DNA of 64,000 bases, from contig JAENYZ010000006.1 in assembly GCA_016841525.1 (NCBI GenBank), positions 180,509-244,508 of the forward strand. The letters run 5' to 3'. Positions 52,671-63,575 of this stretch are shown here, in pieces. Made by a program: the position numbers and the translations under genes. The notes beneath the pieces were generated by a model. The model did not search any database, was not told where the DNA came from, and was given only the letters and a program-made list of their open reading frames with translations. This DNA comes from Anaerolineaceae bacterium. GTDB lineage: Bacteria; Chloroflexota; Anaerolineae; Anaerolineales; Anaerolineaceae. Position 1 is the first letter of the stretch. Each line of letters begins with the position of its first letter.

Positions 52671-54808
52671 TTATCCGAATTTTCTTTCATGGATAGGGCT
52701 ATCCGATTTCTTTCTTCTTCAATAGATACGATTATCACTTCGACAATATCTCCCACTTTTAGTGATACATTCGCAGGAATCTTTGAGCGATGTAGCAATC
52801 CATCGATTTTGACACCGATGTCGACAAATGCACCAAAGTCTACAACATTTCGAATTGTACCCTTTAATTGCATTCCCTGGGATAAATCTTTCATGCTGAG
52901 AACGTCAGTGCGCAGAATTGGTTTTGGTAAATCTTCGCGCGGATCTCGTCCTGGATGAGAAAGCTCATCAAGGATATCTGTAAGGGTGGCAGATCCAGTA
53001 TTTAGAGATTTTGCCAGCATATCGAGATCTTTGGATGTTTTAATTTCGTTAATCTTCTTTACTTTTTCTCCGATAGTAATTTCATCTGATAAACCAAAAC
53101 GGTCAATTATAAGGGATGCTAAATCATAACTTTCCGGGTGAATTGCTGTTGCATCCAATGGGTTATCGCTATTCCTGATTCTTAAAAAGCCGGCTGCCTG
53201 TTCAAAAGTTTTCGGACCTAAACCCTGGACTTTAAATAAAGCTTGCCTGTTCGCGAATGGTCCATTTTCCTCTCGAAAGGAAACGATTTTTTCGGCAAGC
53301 GTTGGTCCGATGCCAGCTACATGGGATAGAAGTTCTGCAGATGCTGTGTTAATTTCCACGCCGACAGAATTGACAACGGATTCAACGACCTGATCAAGTG
53401 CATCGGACAGTTTAGATTGATTTAAATCATGTTGATAAAGGCCAACACCCACTGATCTCGGATCAATTTTTACAAGTTCTGCGAGCGGGTCCTGAACTCG
53501 ACGTGCTATTGAGACAGCACCTCGCATACTAACATCCAAATCGGGAAATTCTTTCCTTGCTACCGGACTGGCACTATAGACGCTTGCGCCAGCTTCACTG
53601 GTAATTAGATAGTGCAAAGACTTCTCTTGCTTTGTGATTTCAGCGATTAATTGTTCTGTTTCCCGTGAAGCGGTCCCGTTCCCAATGACAATCAGTGAAA
53701 CCTTAAATTGATTAATGAGGTTTATCAAAACGCTATAAGCCTGTTCAAGCTTGTTGTGAGGTGGATGAGGGTAAATGGTATCAGCAGCAAGGTATTTCCC
53801 GTTAGGATCAATCACAACGACCTTAGAGCCTGTTCGAAATCCCGGATCTATCCCTAAGATGGTGCGATCGCTAATAGGAGGTTGCGTTAGAAGTGCTCTA
53901 AAATTTTTGGCAAATACTTGAATTGCGTGCTCTTCTGCTTTTTCATTGATATCACGCCGAGTATCTCTGCTGATGGTAGGTAATAAAAGCCGTTTTGCGC
54001 CATCTTCCATTGCTGAAATAAAGATTTCATAAAACAAGGATTGCTCTTTTGGCTGAAATTGCCTGAATATTATTGATTTCCAATCTCGTTCCTCAATTTG
54101 GACGTGAACTCGGAGTACGTTCTCATTTTCACCCCGATTTATCGCAAGAGTTTGATGTGGGTGCAGGTTTTTTATTCTCTGTTCAAATTGATAATAATCC
54201 TGGTAGACTTGCCGTTCGTCATTTGCATCGGAACGTTTCTCACAGGTTATTATTCCAGAATTTGCTGCCAAATCTCGCAATTCTTTCCGTATAGTCATAT
54301 GCTCGCTAATGATTTCAGCGATGATATCACTTGCACCAGAAATTGCTTCATCAGGTTTTATTGAGCTATTGTCATAATAAGGAGGGATGAAGTCTTCAAT
54401 TGTTGGATGGATGATAGGCTGTTCCAGGATCAGCATCGCAAGGGGCTCCAGTCCTTTTTCTCTGGCAGCCATTGCGCGAGTTTTCTTTTTTTGTTTGTAA
54501 GGCTGATATAAATCTTCCAGATAGGTCAGGGTATCTGCTTCTAAAATCTCTTTTTCAAGTTGAGATGTCAATTTTCCAGATTCCCTGATAGCATTTAAAA
54601 TAGAATTTCGGCGATCTTCTAAATTTTCCAGACGATTGAGTTCATCTTTGATATTTCGGATTTCCACTTCATCAAGATTTCCTGTCAGCTCTTTACGATA
54701 CCTGGCGATAAATGGAATTGTGTTGTCCTCTTTAATTAAGGCGACAGTGTTCTTAACTTTGGAATTGGGGAGATTCAATTTATTGGCAATTGATTTTATG
54801 TGATCCAT
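52667..54808 (-). CDS. tex: Tex-like transcription accessory protein (YqgF, HhH and S1 domains)
   Basis: IPFIARYRKE.. at the N-terminus, YqgF-like ILGIDPGFRTG, an HhH region and C-terminal S1 GTIRNVVDFGAFVDIG. Confidence 0.9.
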   Translation of the reverse strand: MDHIKSIANKLNLPNSKVKNTVALIKEDNTIPFIARYRKELTGNLDEVEIRNIKDELNRLENLEDRRNSILNAIRESGKLTSQLEKEILEADTLTYLEDLYQPYKQKKKTRAMAAREKGLEPLAMLILEQPIIHPTIEDFIPPYYDNSSIKPDEAISGASDIIAEIISEHMTIRKELRDLAANSGIITCEKRSDANDERQVYQDYYQFEQRIKNLHPHQTLAINRGENENVLRVHVQIEERDWKSIIFRQFQPKEQSLFYEIFISAMEDGAKRLLLPTISRDTRRDINEKAEEHAIQVFAKNFRALLTQPPISDRTILGIDPGFRTGSKVVVIDPNGKYLAADTIYPHPPHNKLEQAYSVLINLINQFKVSLIVIGNGTASRETEQLIAEITKQEKSLHYLITSEAGASVYSASPVARKEFPDLDVSMRGAVSIARRVQDPLAELVKIDPRSVGVGLYQHDLNQSKLSDALDQVVESVVNSVGVEINTASAELLSHVAGIGPTLAEKIVSFREENGPFANRQALFKVQGLGPKTFEQAAGFLRIRNSDNPLDATAIHPESYDLASLIIDRFGLSDEITIGEKVKKINEIKTSKDLDMLAKSLNTGSATLTDILDELSHPGRDPREDLPKPILRTDVLSMKDLSQGMQLKGTIRNVVDFGAFVDIGVKIDGLLHRSKIPANVSLKVGDIVEVIIVSIEEERNRIALSMKENSDK

Positions 54809-54941
54809 ATTTTTGACATTTTCTTATAAATTGGCTATTGAGTGCGGGAATGTGTATTGTAACATCAAAATGGGGCAGATCATTACCTTTTTAAAAATTT
54901 GAATAGGGTTGACCTTATTGACAGCCTATGATAAACTATTG

Positions 54942-54970
54942 TTGACAATTAATCAGATTAATCCTATTAA
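54942..54970 (+). promoter_or_regulatory. Sigma-70-like promoter overlapping a triple ATTAAT array
   Basis: TTGACA (54942-54947), a 17-nt spacer, then TATTAA (54965-54970). ATTAAT occurs at 54948, 54957 and 54966. Confidence 0.5.
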
Positions 54971-54980
54971 TGATTATGTT

Positions 54981-55679
54981 ATGACTTCCCAAGCGATCCA
55001 AAACCAACTATCAGATTTTCTATCCTTTCTTGCCAAAGAAGCATTGAAGGGGACAGAATATCTTCCAAGCCTGAATGAATTAAGCAGTACTCTGGGTATG
55101 AGCGTTGCGAGGCTCCGGGAAGAACTGCAGGTTGCCCGAGCAATGGGTCTGGTTGAGGTAAAGCCAAGGGTTGGAATAAAGTGCTTGCCGTATTCTTTCA
55201 CACCTTCTGTTTCGAATAGTTTAGCCTTTGCAGTAAGCACAAACAAAGAATTGTTTCGCCAATTTTCTGATTTACGCAGCCACGTGGAAGCTTCTTACTG
55301 GTACCAGGCAGTCAGCAATCTAACTGAAGATGATCACTACGAACTCAATCAAATTATTATCCAAGCCCAAAGAAAATTAAAATCTGATCCAATACAAATC
55401 CCTCATGAGGAGCATCGTCAGCTTCACCTTGCTATTTATCGACGGTTGGACAATTTGTTTGTTTTGGGAATTTTGGAATCGTACTGGGATATTTACGAAG
55501 CCGTAGGATTAAATGTTTTTGAAGATCAAAAATACCTGGAAAGGGTTTGGGATTACCATCAGCAAATGGTGGACTCAATTACAAATAATGACTTCCTCTC
55601 AGGATATCAAGCATTAATTGCACATATGGACTTATTATTTCAACGTGATCAAGAAAATTCACTGATCCGTTTTGAGTAA
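54981..55679 (+). CDS. GntR-family (FadR/FCD subfamily) transcriptional regulator
   Basis: wHTH LPSLNELSSTLGMSVARLREELQVARAMGLVEVKPRVG plus a helical FCD-like C-terminal domain. Start set to ATG 54981 rather than TTG 54909. Confidence 0.75.
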   Translation: MTSQAIQNQLSDFLSFLAKEALKGTEYLPSLNELSSTLGMSVARLREELQVARAMGLVEVKPRVGIKCLPYSFTPSVSNSLAFAVSTNKELFRQFSDLRSHVEASYWYQAVSNLTEDDHYELNQIIIQAQRKLKSDPIQIPHEEHRQLHLAIYRRLDNLFVLGILESYWDIYEAVGLNVFEDQKYLERVWDYHQQMVDSITNNDFLSGYQALIAHMDLLFQRDQENSLIRFE

Positions 55680-55699
55680 AGCTTTTGGAAGGAGCTTTT

Positions 55700-57532
55700 A
55701 TGGTTAAAGATGTTGAAACGGCACATAAAGACGGATCCTCACAAGGTGCAAATGTCAATGACTTTTGTATGACTATTTGCACTGTCAATGGTTCTGGTAG
55801 TGCAACAGCGAACACGACATTGCTGAGGTCCTTGTTCCATATGGGGATCCCGGTCTCAGGGAAAAATATTTTTCCCTCAAATATCAAAGGATTACCAACA
55901 TGGTTTTCCATTCGCACCTCAAAGGATGGTTACCTTGCCCGGGTTGCACACGATGACATCATCGTCCAAATGAACCCGATGACTTTTGAAGAGGACTTGA
56001 AATTCAATGTTTCCGGTGGGGTTGTCTTTTACGCAGATCATATTGACATGTCAATTGATCGTGATGATGTGATTGTCTACCCTATGCCGGTTAAGGATCT
56101 GATTAAAGAAGCGGATGTGCCAAGAAATTTGCAGGATTACATGCAAAATATGGTTTATGTGGGTATCGTCAGCCAGATGTTAGGCATTGATTTAGATGTC
56201 GTTCATCAATCATTATTAAGTCAATTCAAACAAAAAACTTCGGTTGCTGAGTCCAATTTTGCAGTGGTCAAATTAGCAGCAGATTGGGCAAGGGATAAGC
56301 TCGAAAAGAAGGATACCTATCGTGTTGAAGCCATGCCGCCTTTGGAGGGTTACATCATGGCAGATGGAAACACAGCGGGTGCCTTAGGTGCTATTTATGG
56401 CGGTTTCCAATTTTGCGGTTGGTATCCGATTACGCCAGCAACCAGCCTGGCAGAATCTCTAAACATTTTCGCTCCAACCTTGAGAAAAGATCCCGAAACG
56501 GGGAAGAATAATTTCGCTATTGTCCAGGCGGAAGATGAGCTCGCATCGATTGGTATGGCGATAGGCGCTGGTTGGGCAGGGCTTCGCTCGATGACATCAA
56601 CATCAGGCCCCGGGATCAGTTTGATGACCGAATATATGGGCCTGGCATACTTTGCGGAAGTCCCTGTTGTCGTTTGGGATGTTCAGCGTGTAGGTCCCAG
56701 CACTGGTTTGCCAACAAGGACTAGCCAGGGTGATTTGTTGTTGGATTATTACCTTGGTCACGGTGATACACGTCAAATAGTAATCATCCCGTCAACAGTC
56801 AATGAATGTTTTGAATTTGGCTGGAAGGCCTTTGATATTGCAGAAAAATATCAAACCCCAGTCATCGTCTTAAGTGACCTTGATTTAGGTATGAATGTGT
56901 GGATGACAAAGGAATTTCAATACCCAGACAAACCCATTGATCGTGGAAAAGTTTTATGGGAAGATGATTTTGAAAAATTCAAGGGAGAATGGGGAAGATA
57001 CCTTGATGTAGATGGTGATGGCATCCCGTATCGAACACTTATGGGGAACTGCCATGAAAAAGCAGCTTATTTTGCAAGGGGTACCGGCCACGATGAGTTT
57101 GGCAATTACAGCGAAGACCCTGATGTCTGGCGGCAGAATTTGGATCGCATAAAATGTAAATTAGATAATTCCAGAGAGTATTTGCCAAAACCAGTATTCC
57201 GCACACAGCAAGGTGCAAAGATTGGCTTGATTGGCATGGGCTCAACGGAACCTGCAATCTTAGAGGCACAGGATAAATTGCTTGAGTTGGGGATTTCCAC
57301 AGATTACATGCGAATAAGGGCGCTGCCAACTTCTAATGAAGTGCTTGAATTTATCAAGTCGCATGAGCGAAATTACGTCATCGAATTAAACCAAGATGGT
57401 CAACTGCGACAAATCTTGACCACTGATTACTGTGAAGAAATTTCGCCTTTGTATTCACTTGCATACATCGATGGTTTGCCGATGACCGCTAATTACATCA
57501 TCCAGGCAATTTCCGAAAAGGAGGACATTTAG
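55700..57532 (+). CDS. korA: 2-oxoacid:ferredoxin oxidoreductase, alpha subunit
   Basis: About 610-aa KorA-type sequence (..GNTAGALGAIYGG..YPITPAT..AEDELASIGMAIGA..). GGAAGGAG RBS before ATG 55700. Confidence 0.75.
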   Translation: MVKDVETAHKDGSSQGANVNDFCMTICTVNGSGSATANTTLLRSLFHMGIPVSGKNIFPSNIKGLPTWFSIRTSKDGYLARVAHDDIIVQMNPMTFEEDLKFNVSGGVVFYADHIDMSIDRDDVIVYPMPVKDLIKEADVPRNLQDYMQNMVYVGIVSQMLGIDLDVVHQSLLSQFKQKTSVAESNFAVVKLAADWARDKLEKKDTYRVEAMPPLEGYIMADGNTAGALGAIYGGFQFCGWYPITPATSLAESLNIFAPTLRKDPETGKNNFAIVQAEDELASIGMAIGAGWAGLRSMTSTSGPGISLMTEYMGLAYFAEVPVVVWDVQRVGPSTGLPTRTSQGDLLLDYYLGHGDTRQIVIIPSTVNECFEFGWKAFDIAEKYQTPVIVLSDLDLGMNVWMTKEFQYPDKPIDRGKVLWEDDFEKFKGEWGRYLDVDGDGIPYRTLMGNCHEKAAYFARGTGHDEFGNYSEDPDVWRQNLDRIKCKLDNSREYLPKPVFRTQQGAKIGLIGMGSTEPAILEAQDKLLELGISTDYMRIRALPTSNEVLEFIKSHERNYVIELNQDGQLRQILTTDYCEEISPLYSLAYIDGLPMTANYIIQAISEKEDI

Positions 57533-58567
57533 ATGTCTGAGAAAAAAACAGATACAAATGCTATTGGATTGAGCCGTACAGATTATCGCGGCGAACGATC
57601 AACACTGTGTCCTGGCTGCGGTCACAACACCATTTCTGCTCAAATCATCACAGCTTGCTATGAAATGGGTATTGATCCTCATCAGATTGTGAAGTTTAGC
57701 GGAATTGGCTGCTCAAGTAAAAGCCCAACTTATTTTCTAAGCCAGTCCTTTGGTTTCAATGGTTTGCATGGGCGTATGCCTTCGATGGCTTTAGGTGCTG
57801 CTTTTGCTGATACTACCATCAAGGTCCTGGGAATCTCAGGTGATGGGGATACAGCCAGCATTGGGCTTGGTCAATTTAAGCATCTTGTCAGGCGCAACTT
57901 ACCAATTGTTTATATTGTTGAAAACAACGGCGTTTATGGACTGACCAAAGGTCAGTTTTCTGCGACAGCTGAAAGGGGTTTGGAATTGAAACACCAGGGA
58001 CAAAATCCTTTTTTACCCATTGATATTGCCAAAGAAGCTTTGATTGGCAACGCAAGTTTTGTCGCACGTTCTTTTGCTGGGGATCCAAAACAAGTGCGAG
58101 AACTACTCAAAGCGGCATTCAGCCACCGTGGTACATCCGTCCTGGATATCATCAGTCCTTGTGTCAGTTTCAATAACCGTGAAGACACTTTGCACTCCTA
58201 TCAGTGGGGACGTCAACATGAAGCACCCTTACATGATATCGCTTATGTTCCCACCCGGCGAGCAATTATCCTGGACGAGTTTAAAGAAGGGGAAACTAAA
58301 GAGGTCACACTGCATGATGGGTCAGTTGTGATTTTGAAAAAACTTGAGCATGAGTACGACCCAACAGATAAATGGCAGGCGTTGAAAATGCTTGAAGAAG
58401 CAGAGAAAAATCGATGGCTTTTGACGGGATTAATTTATGTTGACCCTGAACAGCCCACGCTTTATGATTATCTCAATTTATCAGAGGAACCTCTTAATCG
58501 GATATCTTCAGAACAATTACGTCCGAGTCAAGAAACTTTACAGGAAATTAATAAGAGTATGCTGTAA
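57533..58567 (+). CDS. korB: 2-oxoacid:ferredoxin oxidoreductase, beta (TPP-binding) subunit
   Basis: CPGCGH.., the TPP motif ISGDGDTASIG..ENNGVYGLTKGQ. Confidence 0.8.
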   Translation: MSEKKTDTNAIGLSRTDYRGERSTLCPGCGHNTISAQIITACYEMGIDPHQIVKFSGIGCSSKSPTYFLSQSFGFNGLHGRMPSMALGAAFADTTIKVLGISGDGDTASIGLGQFKHLVRRNLPIVYIVENNGVYGLTKGQFSATAERGLELKHQGQNPFLPIDIAKEALIGNASFVARSFAGDPKQVRELLKAAFSHRGTSVLDIISPCVSFNNREDTLHSYQWGRQHEAPLHDIAYVPTRRAIILDEFKEGETKEVTLHDGSVVILKKLEHEYDPTDKWQALKMLEEAEKNRWLLTGLIYVDPEQPTLYDYLNLSEEPLNRISSEQLRPSQETLQEINKSML

Positions 58568-58587
58568 CAATTTTCACGTTTCAAATT

Positions 58588-58628
58588 AAAGAAACCGGCA
58601 CTGATTTTCAGCTACCGGTTTCTATTTT
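58588..58628. terminator. Bidirectional terminator between korB and pyk
   Basis: aaagaaaccgg..(16 nt)..ccggtttct followed by attttta. Confidence 0.65.
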
Positions 58629-58642
58629 TAAATTATATTTTT

Positions 58643-60097
58643 TTAGATATAGCCTAAAGTATGCAAAAGCGCGAGGTTAGGCTGTCTGAACGCTCCAACG
58701 GGGAATCCGGAAATGAGAATGACTTGTTGACCCTTCTTAAGCCTGGTTGTTGTTGCAATTGCCGTTTCAACATGCTTGATCATCATTTCAAGGGTATCAG
58801 CGTATGGCACCAGGAGCGGTGTGACACCCCAATACAAACTCATTTGTTGAAAAGTACAAAGTTCCGGTGTAAACGCAAGTATGGGCACATCGGGTCTTGT
58901 TTTAGACATTAATCTTGCAGTTCTACCAGATTGGGTAAAGACAACAATTGCGGCGACGTTTCGATCTTTAGCCAACTCCCTCGCTGCCCTGGTGATAGAG
59001 ACGGGATCACTTTGCTGTGCCATTTCAGTTTCAAAAGAGACATTTCCCCATTTTGAAAAATTAGCCTCCGCAGTCTTGATGATTGACACCATCATTTGTA
59101 CACTTTCCAGTGGATAGTGACCTGCAGCAGTCTCTCCTGAAAGCATGACAGCGTCTGTACCGTCAAAAACGGCGTTGGCAACATCCGTGGCTTCAGCACG
59201 GGTAGGGCGCGGGTTGTTGATCATTGAATCCAACATTTGCGTTGCTGTGATCACCAACTTGGCATGGGCATTGGCACAAGCTATGATTTCTTTCTGTGCA
59301 ATGGGGACGGCTGCGGGTGACATTTCAACACCAAGATCACCACGTGCAACCATGACACCATCAGTCACCTTCATAATTTCATCTAAATCATCCAACGCTT
59401 CAGGGCGTTCTAATTTTGCAATAATCGGAGTTTTTGCTGCCCAATCATTCGGGGCATATTCCTTTATTGCGTTTCGTACTGTAACAATGTCCTCAGCTTT
59501 TTTAACAAAAGAGATGGCGACCATGTCGACACCTTTTTCAAGGCCAAACTTCAAGTCTTCACGATCTTTTTCAGTAAAGCTGGGCATCGTCAGGTTCGCT
59601 CCTGGCAGGTTAACGCCTTTATTGGATTTGAGCATCCCACCCAGGGTAACCACTGCTTCAATTCGTTCTCCATCGATGGACTGAACTTCCATCTCAATTT
59701 GTCCATCATCGAGAAGGATGTGATTGGTCGGTTTGAGTGCTTTGTGAAGATCCGGAATTTCAAATGGAATAAAAATATCCTCTTCATCAACAACAAAGGA
59801 CTCTGAAGAACTCAATGTTACCTGGTCACCAGCTTTTAACTCGATTTTTCCTTCAGGGAGTTTTCCAATGCGAAGTTTTGGCCCTTGCAGATCTTGAAGA
59901 ATGGTAATTGCCACCCCCATTTCATCGGCAATCTCTCTAATCAAATCGATAAGCCTGGCATGTTCTTCATGCGTGCCATGGGAAAAATTTAGCCGAGCAA
60001 CATTCAAACCGGCGGAGATCAAAGACTGTATCATAGACCGAGTATTGCTGCTTGGTCCCAAGGTGCACACAATTTTTGCGAAACGATCCATGGTCAA
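58643..60097 (-). CDS. pyk: Pyruvate kinase
   Basis: KIVCTLGPSS, MVARGDLGVE and TQMLDSM. Confidence 0.9.
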   Translation of the reverse strand: MTMDRFAKIVCTLGPSSNTRSMIQSLISAGLNVARLNFSHGTHEEHARLIDLIREIADEMGVAITILQDLQGPKLRIGKLPEGKIELKAGDQVTLSSSESFVVDEEDIFIPFEIPDLHKALKPTNHILLDDGQIEMEVQSIDGERIEAVVTLGGMLKSNKGVNLPGANLTMPSFTEKDREDLKFGLEKGVDMVAISFVKKAEDIVTVRNAIKEYAPNDWAAKTPIIAKLERPEALDDLDEIMKVTDGVMVARGDLGVEMSPAAVPIAQKEIIACANAHAKLVITATQMLDSMINNPRPTRAEATDVANAVFDGTDAVMLSGETAAGHYPLESVQMMVSIIKTAEANFSKWGNVSFETEMAQQSDPVSITRAARELAKDRNVAAIVVFTQSGRTARLMSKTRPDVPILAFTPELCTFQQMSLYWGVTPLLVPYADTLEMMIKHVETAIATTTRLKKGQQVILISGFPVGAFRQPNLALLHTLGYI

Positions 60098-60116
60098 CTC
60101 CCTTGAAAAATGAAAA

Positions 60117-61322
60117 CTAATCTAATAAGAGAACTTCTCTCAAAATGGGCAGCATCCAATCCACGGTCTCCTGATCAATAATCAAAGGAGGTGCAAGGCG
60201 GAGGATGTGTTTATGGGTCTCTTTGACGAGGATCCCTTTCTTCTTTAACACTTCAGCAAATCGTCGTGCCCCGCCTAATTCGTGTTTTAATTCCACGCCA
60301 ATTAATAAACCTTTACCGCGAATATCCTTGATGTTCTTTTTTGGTATTTCCTCAAGGTATTCAAGAATATACTCGCCCATTTTCTGAGCTTTCTCTATCA
60401 AGTGTTCTTCTTCGATGACTTCGAGTGCTGCTATCCCCACAGCTGCAGCAAGTGGGTTACCGCCAAAAGTCGAACCATGTTCACCGGGTTGAATTAAACC
60501 AAGAATGTCTTTATCTGCAAGCACAGCAGAGACAGGATAGAAACCTCCTGAAAGTGCCTTTCCGATCACAGTAATATCCGGTCGGACATTTTCATGATGG
60601 GAAGCAAACAATGCCCCGGTGCGACCAAGTCCAGTTTGGATTTCATCAGCAATCAACAAGATATTGTTTTCTTTGCAAATTTCAGCTACAGCTTTCAGAT
60701 ATCCATCGGGAGGAAGGATAATGCCATTTTCTCCCTGTAGCGGTTCCAGCATTATTGCCGCTGTATTTTCATTGATCGCTGCTTTGATCGCGTCTATGCT
60801 GCCATATTCAACGACAGGAAAACCGGGAGTAAAAGGCCCAAAATCATACTTATATTCTTCTGTCGTTGTGAAGGATATGATGGTGGTTGTCCTGCCGTGA
60901 AAATTGCCCTCAGCAACTATGATTTCTGCTTTATATCGAGGAATTTTCTTGGTGACATATGCCCATTTTCTTGCGACTTTAATAGCTGTTTCAACAGCTT
61001 CTGCACCGCTGTTCATGGGCAATGACATCTCATAACCCGTCATATCAGAAAGCTTTTTATAAAATAAGCCAAGCTTGTCATTACGAAAAGCCCTGGATGT
61101 CAGGGTCAGCCTGTCAAGCTGGTCGATCATGGCTTCTTTTATTTTCGGATGGTTATGACCCTGGTTTAATGCTGAATAAGCACTCAAGCAGTCTAAATAG
61201 CGATTGCCTTCAACATCATATACCCAAACACCTTCTCCTTTTTCAATAACAACATCAAGGGGGTGGTAATTATGGGCACCATATTCTTCTTCAAGTTCGA
61301 TATAGTAATTGCTATTTGACAT
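60117..61322 (-). CDS. rocD: Ornithine--oxo-acid aminotransferase (class III)
   Basis: [38 protein letters not shown]. Start moved to ATG 61322 with GGAGGGG upstream. Confidence 0.8.
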   Translation of the reverse strand: MSNSNYYIELEEEYGAHNYHPLDVVIEKGEGVWVYDVEGNRYLDCLSAYSALNQGHNHPKIKEAMIDQLDRLTLTSRAFRNDKLGLFYKKLSDMTGYEMSLPMNSGAEAVETAIKVARKWAYVTKKIPRYKAEIIVAEGNFHGRTTTIISFTTTEEYKYDFGPFTPGFPVVEYGSIDAIKAAINENTAAIMLEPLQGENGIILPPDGYLKAVAEICKENNILLIADEIQTGLGRTGALFASHHENVRPDITVIGKALSGGFYPVSAVLADKDILGLIQPGEHGSTFGGNPLAAAVGIAALEVIEEEHLIEKAQKMGEYILEYLEEIPKKNIKDIRGKGLLIGVELKHELGGARRFAEVLKKKGILVKETHKHILRLAPPLIIDQETVDWMLPILREVLLLD

Positions 61323-62247
61323 CCTGATCCCCTCCGAGTAATTCAACTAAAATTGCTTTTTGAGCATGCATTCTGTTTTCAGCCTGTTCGAACAATCGTG
61401 AGTGGGAGCCATCTGCCACTTCATCTGTGATTTCCTGACCTCGATGGGCGGGAAGGCAATGCATGACGATAACTTCGGGTTTTGCAAGATTAACGATACT
61501 TTGATTCACCTGGTAGGGTGGGAATACTTTTTCTCGTTTCTTAGCTTCTTCTTCCTGTCCCATACTTGTCCATGTATCTGTATATATGACATCTGCTCCC
61601 TCTGCAGCTTCCTTTGGATCGTGTAAGGTTGTCACCGAACCGCCTGAGATTGATGCATATTCCTTCCCAAGGTTAATATCAGATTCGGGCATATCATAAT
61701 CTTCAGGATTGGCAATGCGGAAATCCGCACCCAATTTTGTGACTATTTTCATGAGAGAAACAGCAACATTGTTACCATCGCCGATATATGAAACAGTAAG
61801 ACCCTTTAGGCTTCCAAATTCCTCGTATAAGGTGAGCGCATCTGCCATTGCTTGGCAAGGATGGTTGTAGTCACTGAGCCCGTTAATAACTGGAACCTGT
61901 GACCATTTTGCCAGTTCAAGAATGTGATCATGGGAAAAGACTCTCGCCATGATTACTTGAACATATCCAGATAAAACCCTTGCTACATCAGCAATGGACT
62001 CACGTTTACCCAATCCAATTTCCTGCGGTGAGAGATATAATGCATCGCCTCCTAATGTTCGCATTGCCATGTCAAAACTGACCCGAGTTCGCAAGCTAGG
62101 TTTTTGAAAAACCATCGCAAGGACTTTGTTTTTTAAGATGGGTCGAAATACGCCTGATTTCAATTCTTTTTTGAGTTTTACACTCAAATCAAGCAATCCG
62201 TTGATTTCCTGTTGTGAGAAATCGGCTATGTTAAGAAAGTGTTTCAT
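61312..62247 (-). CDS. argF: Ornithine carbamoyltransferase
   Basis: [16 protein letters not shown] and HCLPAHRG. Confidence 0.9.
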   Translation of the reverse strand: MKHFLNIADFSQQEINGLLDLSVKLKKELKSGVFRPILKNKVLAMVFQKPSLRTRVSFDMAMRTLGGDALYLSPQEIGLGKRESIADVARVLSGYVQVIMARVFSHDHILELAKWSQVPVINGLSDYNHPCQAMADALTLYEEFGSLKGLTVSYIGDGNNVAVSLMKIVTKLGADFRIANPEDYDMPESDINLGKEYASISGGSVTTLHDPKEAAEGADVIYTDTWTSMGQEEEAKKREKVFPPYQVNQSIVNLAKPEVIVMHCLPAHRGQEITDEVADGSHSRLFEQAENRMHAQKAILVELLGGDQDVK

Positions 62248-62283
62248 AAAATCTCCTGATTATGGTGGGTTAGGTACTTTAAT

Positions 62284-63126
62284 TTATTCTCGCGAAATAT
62301 CTGCAAGATTGACAACTCGTTTTTCGCCCTCAATAAAGGCAATTCCCTGAAAGAGGGTGATAAATTGTGCGATACCCAGGGAAAAGAGGATGCCCGTAAT
62401 AAACAAATTAACCAGTAAAAGGCTTCTCGGTAAATTCTTGTTAAAAGTCCGAATCTGGCTTTCAGTATCCTTAATTATCCTTCGATACTCTACCAAAATA
62501 TCCTGGGCATCTTCCAAATCGGTTTCAAATTTAGACATGTCGTCTGATAATTCTGATAAATTATCGTTGAGCAATATTAGACCTTCTGAAGTGTCAGAAA
62601 GGCTGATTTCCATCGTTTCAAGTGACTCAGGTATGTTATCCATGCTGCTGGCGACAGAATCAAGGCTGGTATGTAATGGCACTTCGGGTTGATATTTTGC
62701 ACCTAAAAATGGGATCGCAGCGATGATCGATAAAGTGCGATCAATCAGCTCAGCGCTAGTAGCGGCAGAGGATAATGCCACTTGAGTTTCAATAAGGGTT
62801 TGGCGAAGGTCATCACCAACCAACACAGCAGATGATTCCATAGAGCTTGAAATGCCATTGAGTGTTCCATCAAGATTATCAAAAGTTGAAATGATAATAT
62901 CAAGATTGGCGTTGACATTATCAAGGGCACTGTCCAGGACAATTAATCCCTGGTCTGTGTTTACAAGCGTATCTTCAATTGATTCGCTAATTCCCGATAA
63001 ACCCCGCTGAAACCCGGGTTTAATGACCCAGCTGAGAATTATTCCAGCAATTGAAAATATCAAACCCAAAGAGGATAAAACAATCAAGATTTTTCCCAAG
63101 GTGGTATAGCTTATTTTTGTTTTCAT
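62284..63126 (-). CDS. Membrane protein with terminal TM helices flanking a Ser/Asp/Leu-rich helical ectodomain
   Basis: An N-terminal TM helix (ILIVLSSLGLIFSIAGIILSWVI) and a C-terminal one (LLLVNLFITGILFSLGIAQFITLF). No recognisable family. Confidence 0.4.
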   Translation of the reverse strand: MKTKISYTTLGKILIVLSSLGLIFSIAGIILSWVIKPGFQRGLSGISESIEDTLVNTDQGLIVLDSALDNVNANLDIIISTFDNLDGTLNGISSSMESSAVLVGDDLRQTLIETQVALSSAATSAELIDRTLSIIAAIPFLGAKYQPEVPLHTSLDSVASSMDNIPESLETMEISLSDTSEGLILLNDNLSELSDDMSKFETDLEDAQDILVEYRRIIKDTESQIRTFNKNLPRSLLLVNLFITGILFSLGIAQFITLFQGIAFIEGEKRVVNLADISRE

Positions 63127-63575
63127 TAGAATTTCTCCTGAAATTGCTTTTTCGTCATCAGGAAAATTTTATCCTGAATCTTCCACATTTCCTCTTTTTC
63201 GTCGAGCTCATAATGATCATAACCTGATAAGTGAAGCGTGCCATGAATTGCTAAAAATGCAATTTCTTCGTCAAGGGATAAATCATAGTCAGCCGCTTGT
63301 TCTGAGGCTGTTTCAATTGAGATAATGATGTCACCCAGGTATAAATTGCCGGTATCGGGGTCTATAAAATTTTGGGTAAAGGAAAGAACATCGGTTGCTT
63401 TTGATTCACCGCGATAGGTTTGATTAAGTTCAGCAATCTCTCGGTCATCCGTTAATTGGACGGTGATATCCACATCCAATTTATCAAGATATGAAAGCGT
63501 ATTTTCAATGGCGGCTTTAATCAATGATAAATCGATCTCAGCCAGAATATCATGTGATTTCTGTATCGTAATCAT
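63126..63575 (-). CDS. ybeY: rRNA maturation endoribonuclease YbeY
   Basis: Zinc motif HGTLHLSGYDH. Confidence 0.9.
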   Translation of the reverse strand: MITIQKSHDILAEIDLSLIKAAIENTLSYLDKLDVDITVQLTDDREIAELNQTYRGESKATDVLSFTQNFIDPDTGNLYLGDIIISIETASEQAADYDLSLDEEIAFLAIHGTLHLSGYDHYELDEKEEMWKIQDKIFLMTKKQFQEKF

